64,000 nt of DNA from Callorhinchus milii (lineage: Eukaryota), in NCBI RefSeq assembly GCF_018977255.1, contig NW_024704742.1:102364001-102428000 (forward strand). Reading direction: 5' to 3'. Below the pieces are notes generated by a model, which did no database searches, was not told where the DNA came from, and was given only the letters and a program-made list of their open reading frames with translations. The number at the start of each line of letters is the position of its first letter. The first letter of the stretch is position 1. Shown here piece after piece: positions 1-11,362 of the stretch. The position numbers and the translations under genes were made by a program.

Positions 1-144
1 GCTTACCAACTCTGAGCTGAATACAACAGACAAAAAAAAACACTTAGAATTAATTTTCTGACCTATTGATTTCCTTCTTCAGTCTTCACTTGTCTTCTAC
101 CACACTCTATAGGATGGCAGGCTTGAGCTATCTTAAAGAGGCTT

Positions 145-580
145 TCATAACAAAGTGAGTGTGACTGATTTCAGTGACGTGCTGGGGCCTGGAACAGTAG
201 AAGCAATGAGGTCAGTGAGAAGATGCAGTGCAACTGGCCTCATATTATTGAGATTCTCCAAAACTTTTGAATGTGAATGTATTCCATAGACTTTTCCTGA
301 TTTCTCAGGGAAGACCCTAATTCTACGAAGGCACGGAGCAATTGTTTGGAAGCTCGGTGCTGGGCTCTCATAAGAATGGCCTTTTATGTGTGCATCTTTT
401 TCCCAGCAACTGGAGGTTAGACTTAGCTGCTGACCTTTTCTGGAGGCTACAGCATTGCATTTGTGCAAAGTGCATGAGACACCGCTAGCCGGTAAAGCAG
501 TCCTGAATACTGTGGAGTTTCTCACAGGTACTGCACTTAGAAGCTTCTTTTTATTTTTCATAAAGTGTCTTGCTGATCTC
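145..580 (-). other. Unassigned 138-codon ORF preceded by a splice-acceptor-like site (candidate exon)
   Basis: CTTACCTTTTAG|GAGATC acceptor at 581/580 opens into the longest non-repeat ORF in the window. No recognisable domain. Confidence 0.2.
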
Positions 581-1810
581 CTAAAAGGTAAGACTTAGAA
601 CAAGTTAATGTTATCATTTTCCTTGCACAGCTCAAAGTAATTACCACTATTCTCTTGTATGATGAAGCCTGGGTTTCAGAATGCTAAATAGTCTTTGTTG
701 TTGATGATAAAAGCCTGCCATAATAATTGGGATGAACACCTGTATGACACCTGAACAAAAGGGCACGAAAGGTGTTTTCACAGACGTGCTTCAGCCGATG
801 AAAAACGATGCAGATTAGTTGAGGCTTAACGTTCTCTTTTATCATATTAAATGTTTCAAAAAACTTATATACATCAAATGAATCATTTACTGCATGAGAG
901 GGAACACACTTGTGAGCTATTATTAGCACTTTATGGCCTGGAATATTGTTTCTCCTTCAGCCTTTACAGATTACATCAATTCATCTTTAAGGTAATGGGA
1001 ATTTGTGAATGTAGTACGCAAAGATATGGATGTGCTTTTCTGCACACTAATTTTAATTGACCGGTTTTCACATCACTGTTGAAATAAGCAATAACTTCCA
1101 ATATGCAATCTAAGTCGGGTGGTAAAGACGATAAAAAAATATTGCCCGAGATCTAATTATTTAAATAAATCTTGTTTTAATAACCAAGTATTTTGGAAAG
1201 TATTGTTATTTGGAAAAAGAAGAAGAGTTGCAAGAGATATACCTTGTTTCACTATGTTGACAGAACCTACAAGTCGAGTAAACCCCCACCAAAAGCACAA
1301 AATTGATTAACTCCCTGAAAAATTTGCCAACATGTATCTGGTTGGGAGTAGTGCTGGAGATTATAATAACAGTAATTCTGGCATTTGGTATAGCAACTTT
1401 CAGGAGGGCGTTTCAAAGTGCTTAACAGGATTCGCTGTGAAGACGAGCGACTGTGTATTTGTAGGTGAATGTAGCAGCTCATTTGCACATAGCAATCGGG
1501 CTCCGCCACTGTTAAGTGCTCCAAGACGCCATCCGGGGTGAAGGGCACTGTATAAATGCAAGTTGTTTTTGTAGCAACGTCCTACATACAGCCATGAAAC
1601 GAATGACCATGTTGTATTTGGAGTATTGTTCGCCATGTTGCATATTGCTTTAATGACTAATTGGCAATTGGACATTGTCAATGAAAAGCAAGCAAGTATA
1701 AAAAGATTCTAGGAAAGTGAGTGGGCAGAGTGTGGAAGAGAGTGTAAGTGTAAGGTTTAAATAAAGGAACCAGTGAATCTAAACTGTGTTCTGAATTAAC
1801 AAACATTGCA

Positions 1811-1824
1811 TGGTGTCAGAAGTG
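1811..1824 (+). promoter_or_regulatory. Primer-binding site complementary to the 3' end of tRNA-Leu
   Basis: TGGTGTCAGAAGTG directly follows the LTR terminal CA. It is the reverse complement of CACTTCTGACA-CCA, the 3' end of vertebrate tRNA-Leu(CAA). Confidence 0.85.
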
Positions 1825-1852
1825 AAAACAGAATCTTGGAAGTTTAAGGCAT

Positions 1853-2306
1853 AATTGGCAATAGTTTGAAAGAGACTTTAACATTTTTGGATTAATAGCA
1901 AACATAATGAAACTGTCTGCGAACAACAGTCTGCGATTTTTTTGAACGTGGCCGGTGTGGAAGCAAGGAAATATTTTGCAACCCTAGAAAGGTGGACATG
2001 CCAGTGAATGAGATAATGACTTTTATGATGGAAAGATGCTGTGGGAAAAATAATATGATAATTGACCGATTTCAGTTTGGAACAAGAAAGCGGGGACCCA
2101 CAGAATCATTCAATCAGTACTCTGCGGTACTGAGATCCCTAAGTAAAAATTGCAATTGCGGGACATTAAGAGAGGAAATGATAAGGGACCAGATTGTCCC
2201 AAATAACCCGAGAAGAACTAGAATCGGGCAAATTAAATCAATGGAATATGAAAGGAAAGACAGCTCGGATATAGAATCCAGAGAAAGTGAACAAGAGGAG
2301 GGGTAG
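1853..2306 (+). pseudogene. gag: Decayed Gypsy/Mag-type gag (capsid-like) remnant
   Basis: Frameshifted segments NWQ*FERDFNIF, EQQSAIFLNVAGVEARKYFATL and ORF 1992-2306 KNNMIIDRFQFGTRKRGPTESFNQYSAVLRSLSKNCNCGTLREEMIRDQIV. The last matches the Mag-clade gag pattern N..ER.KF..R.Q...ES...Y...LR.L...C.FG...EE.IRD.IV. Confidence 0.8.
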
Positions 2307-2480
2307 AACAATGAAACAGTGACACTCATAAACAAAGTACACATAAAAGAAAAAAGAAAAAATGAGTGGGTGGTATATCTATGGTGTAAAACAGTAAGAA
2401 AAGTCACTTAGTACATATTAGATGTAGGAGCACAAACCAGTGTAATGGCATGGGAAGAGTATATACAATTGGATATAAAA
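2307..2480 (+). pseudogene. Retrotransposon aspartic protease remnant (truncated)
   Basis: In frame with the gag ORF across TAG stops at 2304 and 2409: EWVVYLWCKTVRKVT*YILDVGAQTSVM. LDVGAQ (2418-2435) corresponds to the LD(T/S)GA active-site motif. Confidence 0.7.
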
Positions 2481-2505
2481 AAATAAAAAAACAAGAGAAG
2501 AAACT

Positions 2506-2518
2506 AAAAGAAGGAAGA
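2506..2518 (+). promoter_or_regulatory. Polypurine tract of the LTR element
   Basis: AAAAGAAGGAAGA directly upstream of the 3' LTR start. Confidence 0.7.
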
Positions 2519-2987
2519 TATTGCATATTACTTTAATGACTTAATTGGCAATTGGACGTTGACAATGAGAAGCAAGCAAGTATAAAAGAATTCTGGGAAA
2601 GTGACTGGGCAGATTGTAGAAGAGAGTGGAAGTGTAAGGTTTAAATAAAAGAGCTAGTGAATCAAAACTGTGTTTTGGATTTACATATATTACAAGCTGG
2701 GACATGAAGCTCCTATCTCTTTGAGTAGTACCATGAGATCTTTAATGTCCTCCTGAACATGCAAATGGGACCTTGGTTTAATGTATCATAAGAAGGAATA
2801 AATACAAGTACTTTATTGGACATGATGGATCCTGTTCTGTATTGGGATAGAGGTCGGTGGATGGACTGGTATCTGTCTTGGATTCATAGTAGAAATGGGA
2901 GGTTGGTGACTATTCGGGAGTATCTGATTCATTTTTGAGTATCCAAACTTTCTCCCTGGAGATCGAAAGGTGAGCTAAGCTTCCACA

Positions 2988-3994
2988 GTGAGGCTTGACT
3001 ATTCAAGTGGTTTGATTATTTGAACATCCTGCTCCTCCCTTCACAAGTTGAACACTATTCAGAACTCTGCAGCTCATGTCCTGTCTCTCACCATGCTTCT
3101 TGAGTCCATCACCCCAATGCTTGCTCCTCTCAACTGGCTTTCCATTCTCCAGCAGATTGAATTCAAGATCGTTATCCTCACATTCAAATCCCTATGTGAC
3201 CACACTCCACTGTAGCTCTGTGGCCTTTTGCAGTCCATTCATCCTAGCCATTCCCTTTCATTGAACATGACAACAATAACAAAATTAAATTTGTATAGCA
3301 CCTTTCACACTGGGAGGAGGTCCGAAGGCGCTGGACAGACAGAGTTTCGGATCTGAGCTGGGAGTCGGGATTGGGGAGGGTGGAGGGCAGCGGGTGAAGC
3401 AGGGTGATCAAAGCACGGTCGAAGAGGAGAGTCTTGAGATAGGTCTTGAAGGAGGCAAGGGAGGGGGTGAGGCGGAGGCACTGCAGGATGGAGTCCCAGA
3501 GAGTGGGAGCAGAGAGACAGAAGGCCTGCCCACCAATCGTGGGGAGAGCGAGGCGGGGGATGTGAAGCAGGCCGGAGCCCGCTGAGTGGAGGGAGCAAGC
3601 AGGATGGTAGTGGGTTAGGAGGTCGCACAGGTTGTGGGGAGCAAGACCATGGAGGGCTTTGACATCCCCCGCCTCGCTCACCCCAACACTGGCCTGCTTC
3701 ATGACTCCCTGCCTGATCTGCCCTACAATCGGTGGGCAAGTGGTCAGTCATTCTGCCCCTGTACTCTGGAACTCCATGCCCGAGTCCATCAATCTCATCC
3801 CTTCCCTACCTTCCCATCTTTGAAGCATGCCTCAAGACATTGTTTCAGTTACACTTTTGGTCACATTTCCTTTCCCTTCCCCATTTCCTTAGATCTCTCT
3901 GCTCCCAGCTTAGGCTCCCAGTCACTTGTGTGAAGCATTCTGAGTCATCCTCCCGAAGTGAAAGGTGCTGTGAAAAATGTAAACTTCTTGTTGT
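2988..3994 (+). mobile_element. Old L2-clade LINE 3' fragment, interrupted by a younger antisense L2
   Basis: Decayed RLDY/IQNSAA/LHWLP/IEFKI-type ORF2 C-terminal coding at 2988-3269, resuming at about 3687 and ending in the L2 3' stem-loop plus TTG tail at about 3994. Confidence 0.8.
3270..3661 (-). mobile_element. Younger L2 LINE 3' end nested in the older L2
   Basis: ORF 3244-3702(-) ALHGLAPHNLCDLL...GGQAFCLSAPTLWDS...FKTYLKTLLFDRA, followed by the 3' UTR and an AAC-type tail at 3270-3285. Confidence 0.88.
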
Positions 3995-6729
3995 CTGACT
4001 GTGCAAGGAGCAGGCATGATGGGTTGGATGTCTTTTTCTCATTCCATACTTTCTTATGTTAAGTGGCTTGATGGTAGATTTGAATGAGATTTATATCACC
4101 ATATTGAGGTCAGTTTAGCAATGCATTGAATATTTATCATATTAAATGTTCTGGGATATGCTGATGTCATTTTCAATGGTGATGTCTGTGAAACTGAATC
4201 TGCAGCTTTAGCTGATGCATCGCAGCTTTTGATTACCAGGCAGCAGTGTACAAAGTGCTTGGGTTTAGTAAAAAACTGCTTTAACTATAGCCAGCAGTTC
4301 AGAGCAATGATTTCAGAACTGTGATTCACAAATTGGAAGTCCTGTGTACACACCCCACTTCACGACCACTGAGAATAGTATCTTGGGTGGGAGGAATCCA
4401 CCTAACACATATCCAAATACAGTGAATTTCAAATGTTCCACTAAATGGACCCAATTCTGTGCAATAAAGATCATTCTATCAAATAACAAGATAGTGCTTT
4501 TTTTGTTGGCTAAGCTAATTTACAACTATGGCCTCAGCGTCCATGTATGAGGGATAGAGGAATTGTTCACCCATTCCATGTCACTATCCTTTAACCCCGA
4601 TGGAACATTTAATCTTGCACATTGGGTAGGATAGAATCAAACTTGGAGGATTGACTGTGATGCCTTACATAGGTTGATCAGTCTTATGCTATTCATTGAC
4701 TAGGTTCACCAGATGAAGAATGTGCTCTTCAGTGAGCTAATGGAGGCCTATTGTTATCCCATCTCCAGAAATGCACTGCCATCTCCCCACCTTACCGCCA
4801 GAATTGTGTTGAGTAAGAGCTAGTACCTTTAGGGAAAGAATGGAGGCAATTTTTATTGCAGCAATAAACAGAGTGGCTCCTTCAGGACTAATTTTTTTTT
4901 AGAATCATACAGCACAAAAAGAGACCATTCGGCCCGTAGAGTCTGTGCCGGCTCTTTGAAAAGAGCATGTATCAATTCTTCCTGAAAGTCAACATGTATC
5001 ATTGTAATGAAGGCTTCAAGAAGGTTTTTCATGGTATTGCCAAGACTTGAGCCTATCTGAAAATGTAACAAGTAAAGTGAATGCCTTCCTTTAAAATGAA
5101 TTGGCCGTTCCTAACTGGCCTTTTGCATTTAAGTAAATTACATTGAAAAGTTGTTCAGTGCTGAATTACCTGTCAAGACCTGAGATGATTGTTTTGCAAT
5201 AATTTTGGCAGCAATGATGGTTTTATACAATGGACTCTGCAGTACATAACAAAGTGGAAGTGCTAACAGTCATTTGCCAATCTTTGTACGCCCACTGCTT
5301 TTCATTTTCTTCTGCCTCCACTGAAGGTCAGTGCAAGAGATAAGCATATGACATTGTTGTGCCAGTTATGCAATGATCTTGCACTTACCATGCATCACAA
5401 AATGTCATCATGCCATTTTGTTTTGGTACTGACTCTTTTCAGGCTGGAAACAGAGATAAGTATTTGCAGAAGCCATAGGAGATTCCGTTCTGGGCATTGG
5501 TTTCCCATGTCCACTGAAACATAGAAATTTACAACACAGAAGACCACTTGGTTCATTTATGTGCCTTTTCTCATAGTCCTGCAACAGCTTCTACTCCAAT
5601 ATTTCTTCGCTGATTAGACAAACACAATAGCAGATCTGCACTGTCTTGAAAAAACTAGTATAGGATGGGAGATTCCTCTCGACGTGAAAGGTGCTCTATA
5701 AATGTAATTTTTTGTTGTATTTTATTGTTGTTGGGAGATTCAAATCAGTTGACTAAAAAATCAGTTTGCACAAAAAAAGTATTGTTACATTGTCTGGGCT
5801 AGTTAATGAATCTGACTGTTATATCAATTTTCAATTTTGCCCGACAATTAAGCACTCATGATGACTCTCTATAAGAACTTCACTATAAATTGGCAGTTGC
5901 AATTCTTACTGGAAAAGTGATCAAGAAAAAAATCAGTAAATGTGGCTCCAAGTGTGCACTACCATAAAGCTTTTGTCGTGTCTAGTTATTGCTGCATTTG
6001 TTTATTGTTGCGGTATAAGGTATGAAAAGAATTCCATGACTATAAGTGCTTTTTGAATCTTTTATGAGTAATAGTTGAGACTGGGCTCTCTTATAAGAGC
6101 AAATCTGTTATGAGAATAGCTTATTTATGATTTAAAAAATTAAAGTCCTTTCTTTCTATCAATCTACAATTTAAGTCCACAGCTAAAGAGCTTTGCATCA
6201 GCACTTAGGATATTGGGATACGGACATGATAGCTGTACAGTAAGTTTTCATTGTTAACTATGCCTATTGTTTCATTGCTAGCTATGCTGTCCTTGAACAT
6301 TATGACGTGGAGGCCAGATTCCGTGGTTTGTCTCACTGGGACCAGGGGCGGAATTTAGATGTAGAGTTTCCCCGAGTCTGCAACCATGCATCTCTTATTG
6401 AATAGTAATAGATAGTGATGTTTGCAGCAGACTGGAAAAGGTATGCTTCTCTCTTAGACAGGAAATGCTGCTTGGTGAGTGATCTCTAAATAGAGAGAGT
6501 AATTCACACACAAAAAAACACATTAGACATAGATGTGGACCAAAGAAAATACCCAAACTGAAATGACCTAATTTGGGTTAATTTACTGAAAGGTCATGAT
6601 CTCAATCAAAATGATTTATTCTTGTCAGGGGTGTCTGATACATGAAGAAACCCATCATCATGTTTAACAGTTTCCAAACTAAATATAGTTCCATGCATCC
6701 TACCTATAACATGAAATTCCAGAGCTATT

Positions 6730-7095
6730 GATTGGACTGGAATGCACTCTCTCCTTGGAGGGACCCCTCCTGCTTACCTAATTCCGGAAAGTATTAGGCG
6801 CATGTTGGCAAGAGCCATGGCTTAGGGACCCCAGAGTGTGGTTGGGGTACTGCTGGAGCTTAACCAGCGAAAACTGCATAACTTGCCATTGAGAGCATTG
6901 TCTGACTGGCTTGCAGATTTAACGGGAGCTAAGTGTGAAGAGTGCCTGCTGTCAGTGATTGGTCTACCCTTCTAAGTCCTGCCGATGAGCCACGCTGGCT
7001 GTCCTATCATCATCCACTTATCTCCTCCCCAATGCGGGAAAGACACTAGTTGATCATTTGACATCCAACAAGCACGGGATTGAGCCCTCATAAAT
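6730..7095 (-). mobile_element. Possible ancient tRNA-derived SINE fragment (unclassified)
   Basis: GC-richer block ending in a B-box-like GGGCTCAATCCCG on the minus strand (about 7074-7087). No family recognised. Confidence 0.3.
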
Positions 7096-7164
7096 GGATG
7101 ATAGGTACTAGGAACTCCATGTGAGCTTCCTGTGGGCAACACAGCTCAACATGAAATGCATGAC

Positions 7165-7806
7165 CCATTCTGCCTTTCCCTGCCTCCACCATTACCTTTC
7201 CCCTCAGGCCACCGAGACCTCCATCCTTGTTTTCATCAGATCCAGACTTGATTATACTAAATCCCTTCTCACCAGACTTTCCAACTCATTCCTCCGTTAT
7301 TATTATTCAGAACTTTGCAGCTCGTGCCCTCTCCCCCATCAAGCTGCATGAGTCGATCTCCCCATCCTTGCTTGGTATTTTCTTTGGTCCATCCCCCAGA
7401 GGATTGAATTTAAGATCCTCATTCTCGTTTTTAAAGCCTTCTTCATTCTTGCTCCTTCCTATCTCTGTGACCTGCTAAAATCTTAGCAACCTGCCCAATC
7501 TCTCTGCTCAGCAGACACTGGTCTGTTCCATGTCTCCCACCCTGTTCATCCCACCATCAGTGGTCGGGCCTTTAGCCTTTCTTCCCCACCCTCTGGAATT
7601 CTATCCCGGAGCCAATGCCTTGCCCCCTCCCTTGCCTCCTTCAAGGCCCATCTCAAGACCTTCCCTTGTTGACCGTGCCTTCGGTCATCCTCCCACCCCC
7701 CTATCTCTTGTCCTCCACCTTTCTTGATTCCAAACCCCAGAGTGTCCAGCACCTTGGAACGTCCTCCGAACGTGAAAGGTGCTATATAAATGCAAGTTGT
7801 TGTTGT
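7165..7806 (+). mobile_element. L2 LINE 3' fragment
   Basis: Frameshifted SRLDY, IQNFAARAL and GRAFS motifs; ends GGAACGTCCTCCGAACGTGAAAGGTGCTATATAAATGCAAG(TTG)n. Confidence 0.88.
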
Positions 7807-7829
7807 ATGGTTCATCACTTTGACTCTGG

Positions 7830-8000
7830 GTAATAATAACAATCCTTGCATTGATATTGGGCCTTATCAGGTCTTGGAGATATCTCAAAGCCGTCCCCAA
7901 ATATACAACAAAGTGAAATAACGGTATATTTTGTGAGTAAAACGCAGAGGCCAATTGCACACAGCAGTGTCCCAAAATAGTCGTGGATTGAGTGACCAAA
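7830..8000 (-). mobile_element. SINE 3' part (L2-tailed), tail-to-tail with the preceding L2
   Basis: TAATAATAACAATCCTTGCATTGATA...GCCAATTGCACACAGCAGTGTCCCAAAATAGTCGTGGATTGAGTGACCAAAT matches the shared SINE 3' module seen throughout the window. Confidence 0.85.
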
Positions 8001-9622
8001 TTTTTTTAGGGTATATTTAGGACTACTATTTATGGACTTTAGTAACGATATAAAATACATCATAAATTCATATCACAATATACAATGTGCAGTTCAAATG
8101 ACTAAATAAATACATTGACCTAGTAATTGATGCAGCTTCATGGAAGTAATGACGCTTTTGCCTGATTCCCAATGGATAGTAGATATGTGACTTATTCGTA
8201 TGGTTACACACATCAATTTTCTATTCCAGACTTTGATTGAAAGTAAAACTGTTCTGGTGGTGGATGTTGCTTCGTCTACATATTGGTTTTATCTATTCTT
8301 AAAAGCATCAGTAAGAATTACTGCCAGTTGGGCTTGTGTCCTGTTGTACAAAGATATGCCCTTTGACTCTGGAGGGCATAAACTTCAGCCCTTCCCCTCT
8401 CGCTGAATTCAAACCTGAATTTTAAATTTCCCCAAAGGGCCATCCCCAATCACTATTTATGAAAAACTTAAAATGAGATTTATATAGCCCAAGAGACATT
8501 ATTATCTCACTGGAAATTTATTGTAAACTTAAAGATTGAGCATAATTTAACTCTTCAGGTGGCAGGCATAGCAGATGTGAAAATGTACAATTTGAGTTAA
8601 TTCAATGAGGGAAGGGTTAACAAAGAAGGATTCCAGATCCACTTAATTTGCTATAATAAGATCCCCAGTACTCACAGTATGCAGGGAGGGAAATATGAGA
8701 CTCCTTAATTTAAAGCACCATTACAAGAATAATTCACAATTTTTAAAGTGCAAACCTTGAATGTCAATGAGTCAAATTTTATAAAATACTGTGCATGTGT
8801 ATGTACACACACACATGCCTAGAATCCTATTCAGAAATGTATACGTCATAAATACTGAACAGATAGTACAACTGATTGAAGTCAATATTATAAGATCAAA
8901 AGAATATGGAAATATCATTATACGGTGATCAAAACATGCACTGATATTGAGAATAATTACATTGAGAGTGCTGTAGACTGCTTACCTAACTCAAACAATT
9001 ACGTATTAGCTCAGCTTGTATTAATAGAAACAGTCAAGACAAAGACGTCACTTGAAAAGAGGACAACAGCTCTTGCATTTATACATTAGAGGCAGGCTAA
9101 GAATGCTAAACAGTAGATCTATAAGCAACGTCAACTCACTATGGCCCTAATGCAGCAGTTTGCTGTGTAGTAGGTAAAGAGGTAATTAAATTAATAATTT
9201 ATTGTATTTGCATACAAATGATGTATTGGATAGTTCCTCCCATCGCTGCAAGGTATTTGTCAGAAGTGTGGCCAACACAGTCATTCAGGTTATACTTAAA
9301 AATACTCCATGTGTTAATATTATCTCACCACAGTTTGGTTGGAAGAACAAAGGTTCAACAAATTATGAAATTAGACTTAGTTCACCAGCAGCTCAAAGCA
9401 AACTCATGATTTCATTTAATCTACGTGACTGTTGGACATTAGTGAATTTAACACAGCAGCTAATCATTTTAACTTAATCATCCTAACAGCTGCTGCTATT
9501 TCTATGTGAAACACACAAGCACAAAGCAGTCTGACAAATGGAATGACCACGTGGGTTCAACAGGGGAAACTGAGCTTCATAAATTAAGGAAAGTTTGCAG
9601 GAAACAGCATCATGATGGAAAT

Positions 9623-9819
9623 ATAAGCAAAACACAAAATACTGCAGATGCTGGAAATCTGAAACAAAAACAAAAGTCGCTGGGAACATTCAGCAGGTCA
9701 GGCAGCATCTATGGAGAAAGGAATGTGAATCAATGTTTCGGCTCCACGATCCTTCGTCAGAATTGATCATGATACAAAAACAGAAGTCGCTAAGTATTCC
9801 CAGCAACTTCTGCTTTTGT
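9623..9819 (-). mobile_element. Penelope-type terminal-repeat mini-insertion with an inverted partial copy
   Basis: AATACTGCAGATGCTGGAAATCTGAAACAAAAAC...CAGCAGGTCAGGCAGCATCTATGGAGA resembles the common shark/ray repeat. It is flanked by the 14-bp direct repeat ATCATGATGGAAAT (9609-9622, 9820-9833), and 9789-9819 is an inverted copy of about 9662-9694. Confidence 0.65.
9728..9764 (-). ncRNA. Minimal type I hammerhead ribozyme motif (decayed copy)
   Basis: The minus strand reads AATT-CTGACGA-AGGATCGTGGAGCC-GAAA-CATT-GATT: CUGANGA and GAAA catalytic boxes, imperfect stem II (GGATC/GAGCC), stem I AATT/GATT, and a loopless stem III (ACAT, a plausible CpG decay of palindromic ACGT). Confidence 0.55.
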
Positions 9820-11362
9820 ATCATGATGGAAATGTTTGAAATACACATTTGATAAGCTTCAAAACAAAGCCTCATGCCATGGGTTGTGAAGAGTAGGTTA
9901 GCATTGAGAGCAGGATCTGCGAAGATAAATGGTGTTTCCTTGGAGCTGAACAGGTTCGAAAGAAACACTTTTGGCAATGAATGTCAGAATTCAGTCCACC
10001 CTCTGAAGTGGTCCTGAGCCAGGCTGGTCTTCGATACTCCAGGGTACTGATGATGACAGTCTAGCCAGCTTGGCTTATCGGCAGAATTTAAAAGAGCAGA
10101 CCAGTCACTGAAGGGAAGGACATTTCACACACAGCTCCTGTTAATCCTACAAGTCAAATCCCGAATGGTTGGGTGGTTTTAGACAGACAAGAAGTACGAA
10201 AGAAGTACAAGAAGTTGGCAGGCAATGCTCTCAATGGCAAGCTCTGTGGTTTTCATTGGTTAGACTCCAACAATACCCCAATGGACACTCTGATTCCCAA
10301 GCCTTGGCTGTTGCTCACCTGTACTTAATGGTCTCAGAAATTGGTAAGCAGGAGGGTTCCCTCCAGGAAGAGAGTGTGCATTCCATTCCAATAAATACCC
10401 CTGGAATTTCCATGAGTAGATGGGATGCGTGGAATTCTCAGTTTGGTTTGGGTACTCTTATGCATGATGATGGGCTTCCACATATGTCAGACACCCGACC
10501 GTTCAAAAAAAAAACAGCAAATGTATCAAGAAAATAGGAGGCAAACAACACTCAGCAAATGAATGATCTCAGTAAATCAGAACTGAAACTTCACCACAAT
10601 GCCAGGCTAGAAGCTGACCTTCTTCTGGTCTGTTCTTGTTCTTAAGAGCCATTATAAGAGCTATTGAGAAGTAGCCATGTAGTATTCCATAATTGAAGTC
10701 TCATTGGAACGAGAGTATTTAGTGGGAAGAAGGGATCGAGTTACTGGCAGGAGGTTGCGTGACTATTATATTTATTTGGTGCAGTGATGATCAGCAGGTA
10801 GTTGAGAAGTAGCTCCAGTTTTGTAGAGAGTATGAAGTCTCATAAGTCAGAGCAGACACTACACAATAACCCAGCCTGCTTAAATCAAGTATTAATAGGA
10901 ATAGAGCAGAGGAGCCAAGAGCAGGAGACCAACCACTGCAGATAGCTGCACGAGACTACCATTGACCAATGTTTCCATGAAACCCTGTAAATGAGCTCTT
11001 TTGTTTTATATAGACAGGTTTGTAAGTCAATTAACTGTTACCTTAATACCTTTTATTTGGATTTTACTCGGTATTGCATCTCTTTGGTTTACTTTTGTCG
11101 AATTGACGTTTTGATTTTCTGCACAATTAAACCCCTCTGTTAAGGTTGCCTGAAGCCATTCTCCAAGAGAATTGCAGCCGACATGACTTCATCTTGGAGT
11201 TTTGACCTCAACACTTTCATAGCTGCCATGGGAACATTCATGAGAAATGCTCCCTACTGTGCCTGTGGCTTGTGTGAGATCTCCAATGTGGAATCTGCTG
11301 CAATTTATATATACCAAATAACAAATTTCAGTGCTCTGTTATATCATTCATGTGAGGGATGG

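Larger units (their letters stand above)
1636..2694 (+). mobile_element. Internally deleted Ty3/Gypsy (Mag-like) LTR retrotransposon with both LTRs
   Basis: Direct repeats 1636-1810 (TGTTGCATATTG...CATTGCA) and 2519-2694 (TATTGCATATTA...TATTACA), roughly 87% identical by eye, each with TATAAAA and AATAAA. PBS follows the 5' LTR, a purine tract precedes the 3' LTR, and gag and protease remnants lie between. There is no RT, RNase H or integrase. Confidence 0.92.
1360..2795 (-). mobile_element. Old Deu-domain SINE split by an L2 3' fragment (about 1505-1572, +) and by the LTR element
   Basis: SINE tail and body at 1360-1500 and 1573-1635. The Deu core resumes at 2695-2795 (CATGAGATCTTTAATGTCC...GGGACCTTGGTTTAATGTATCAT). 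Confidence 0.7.
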
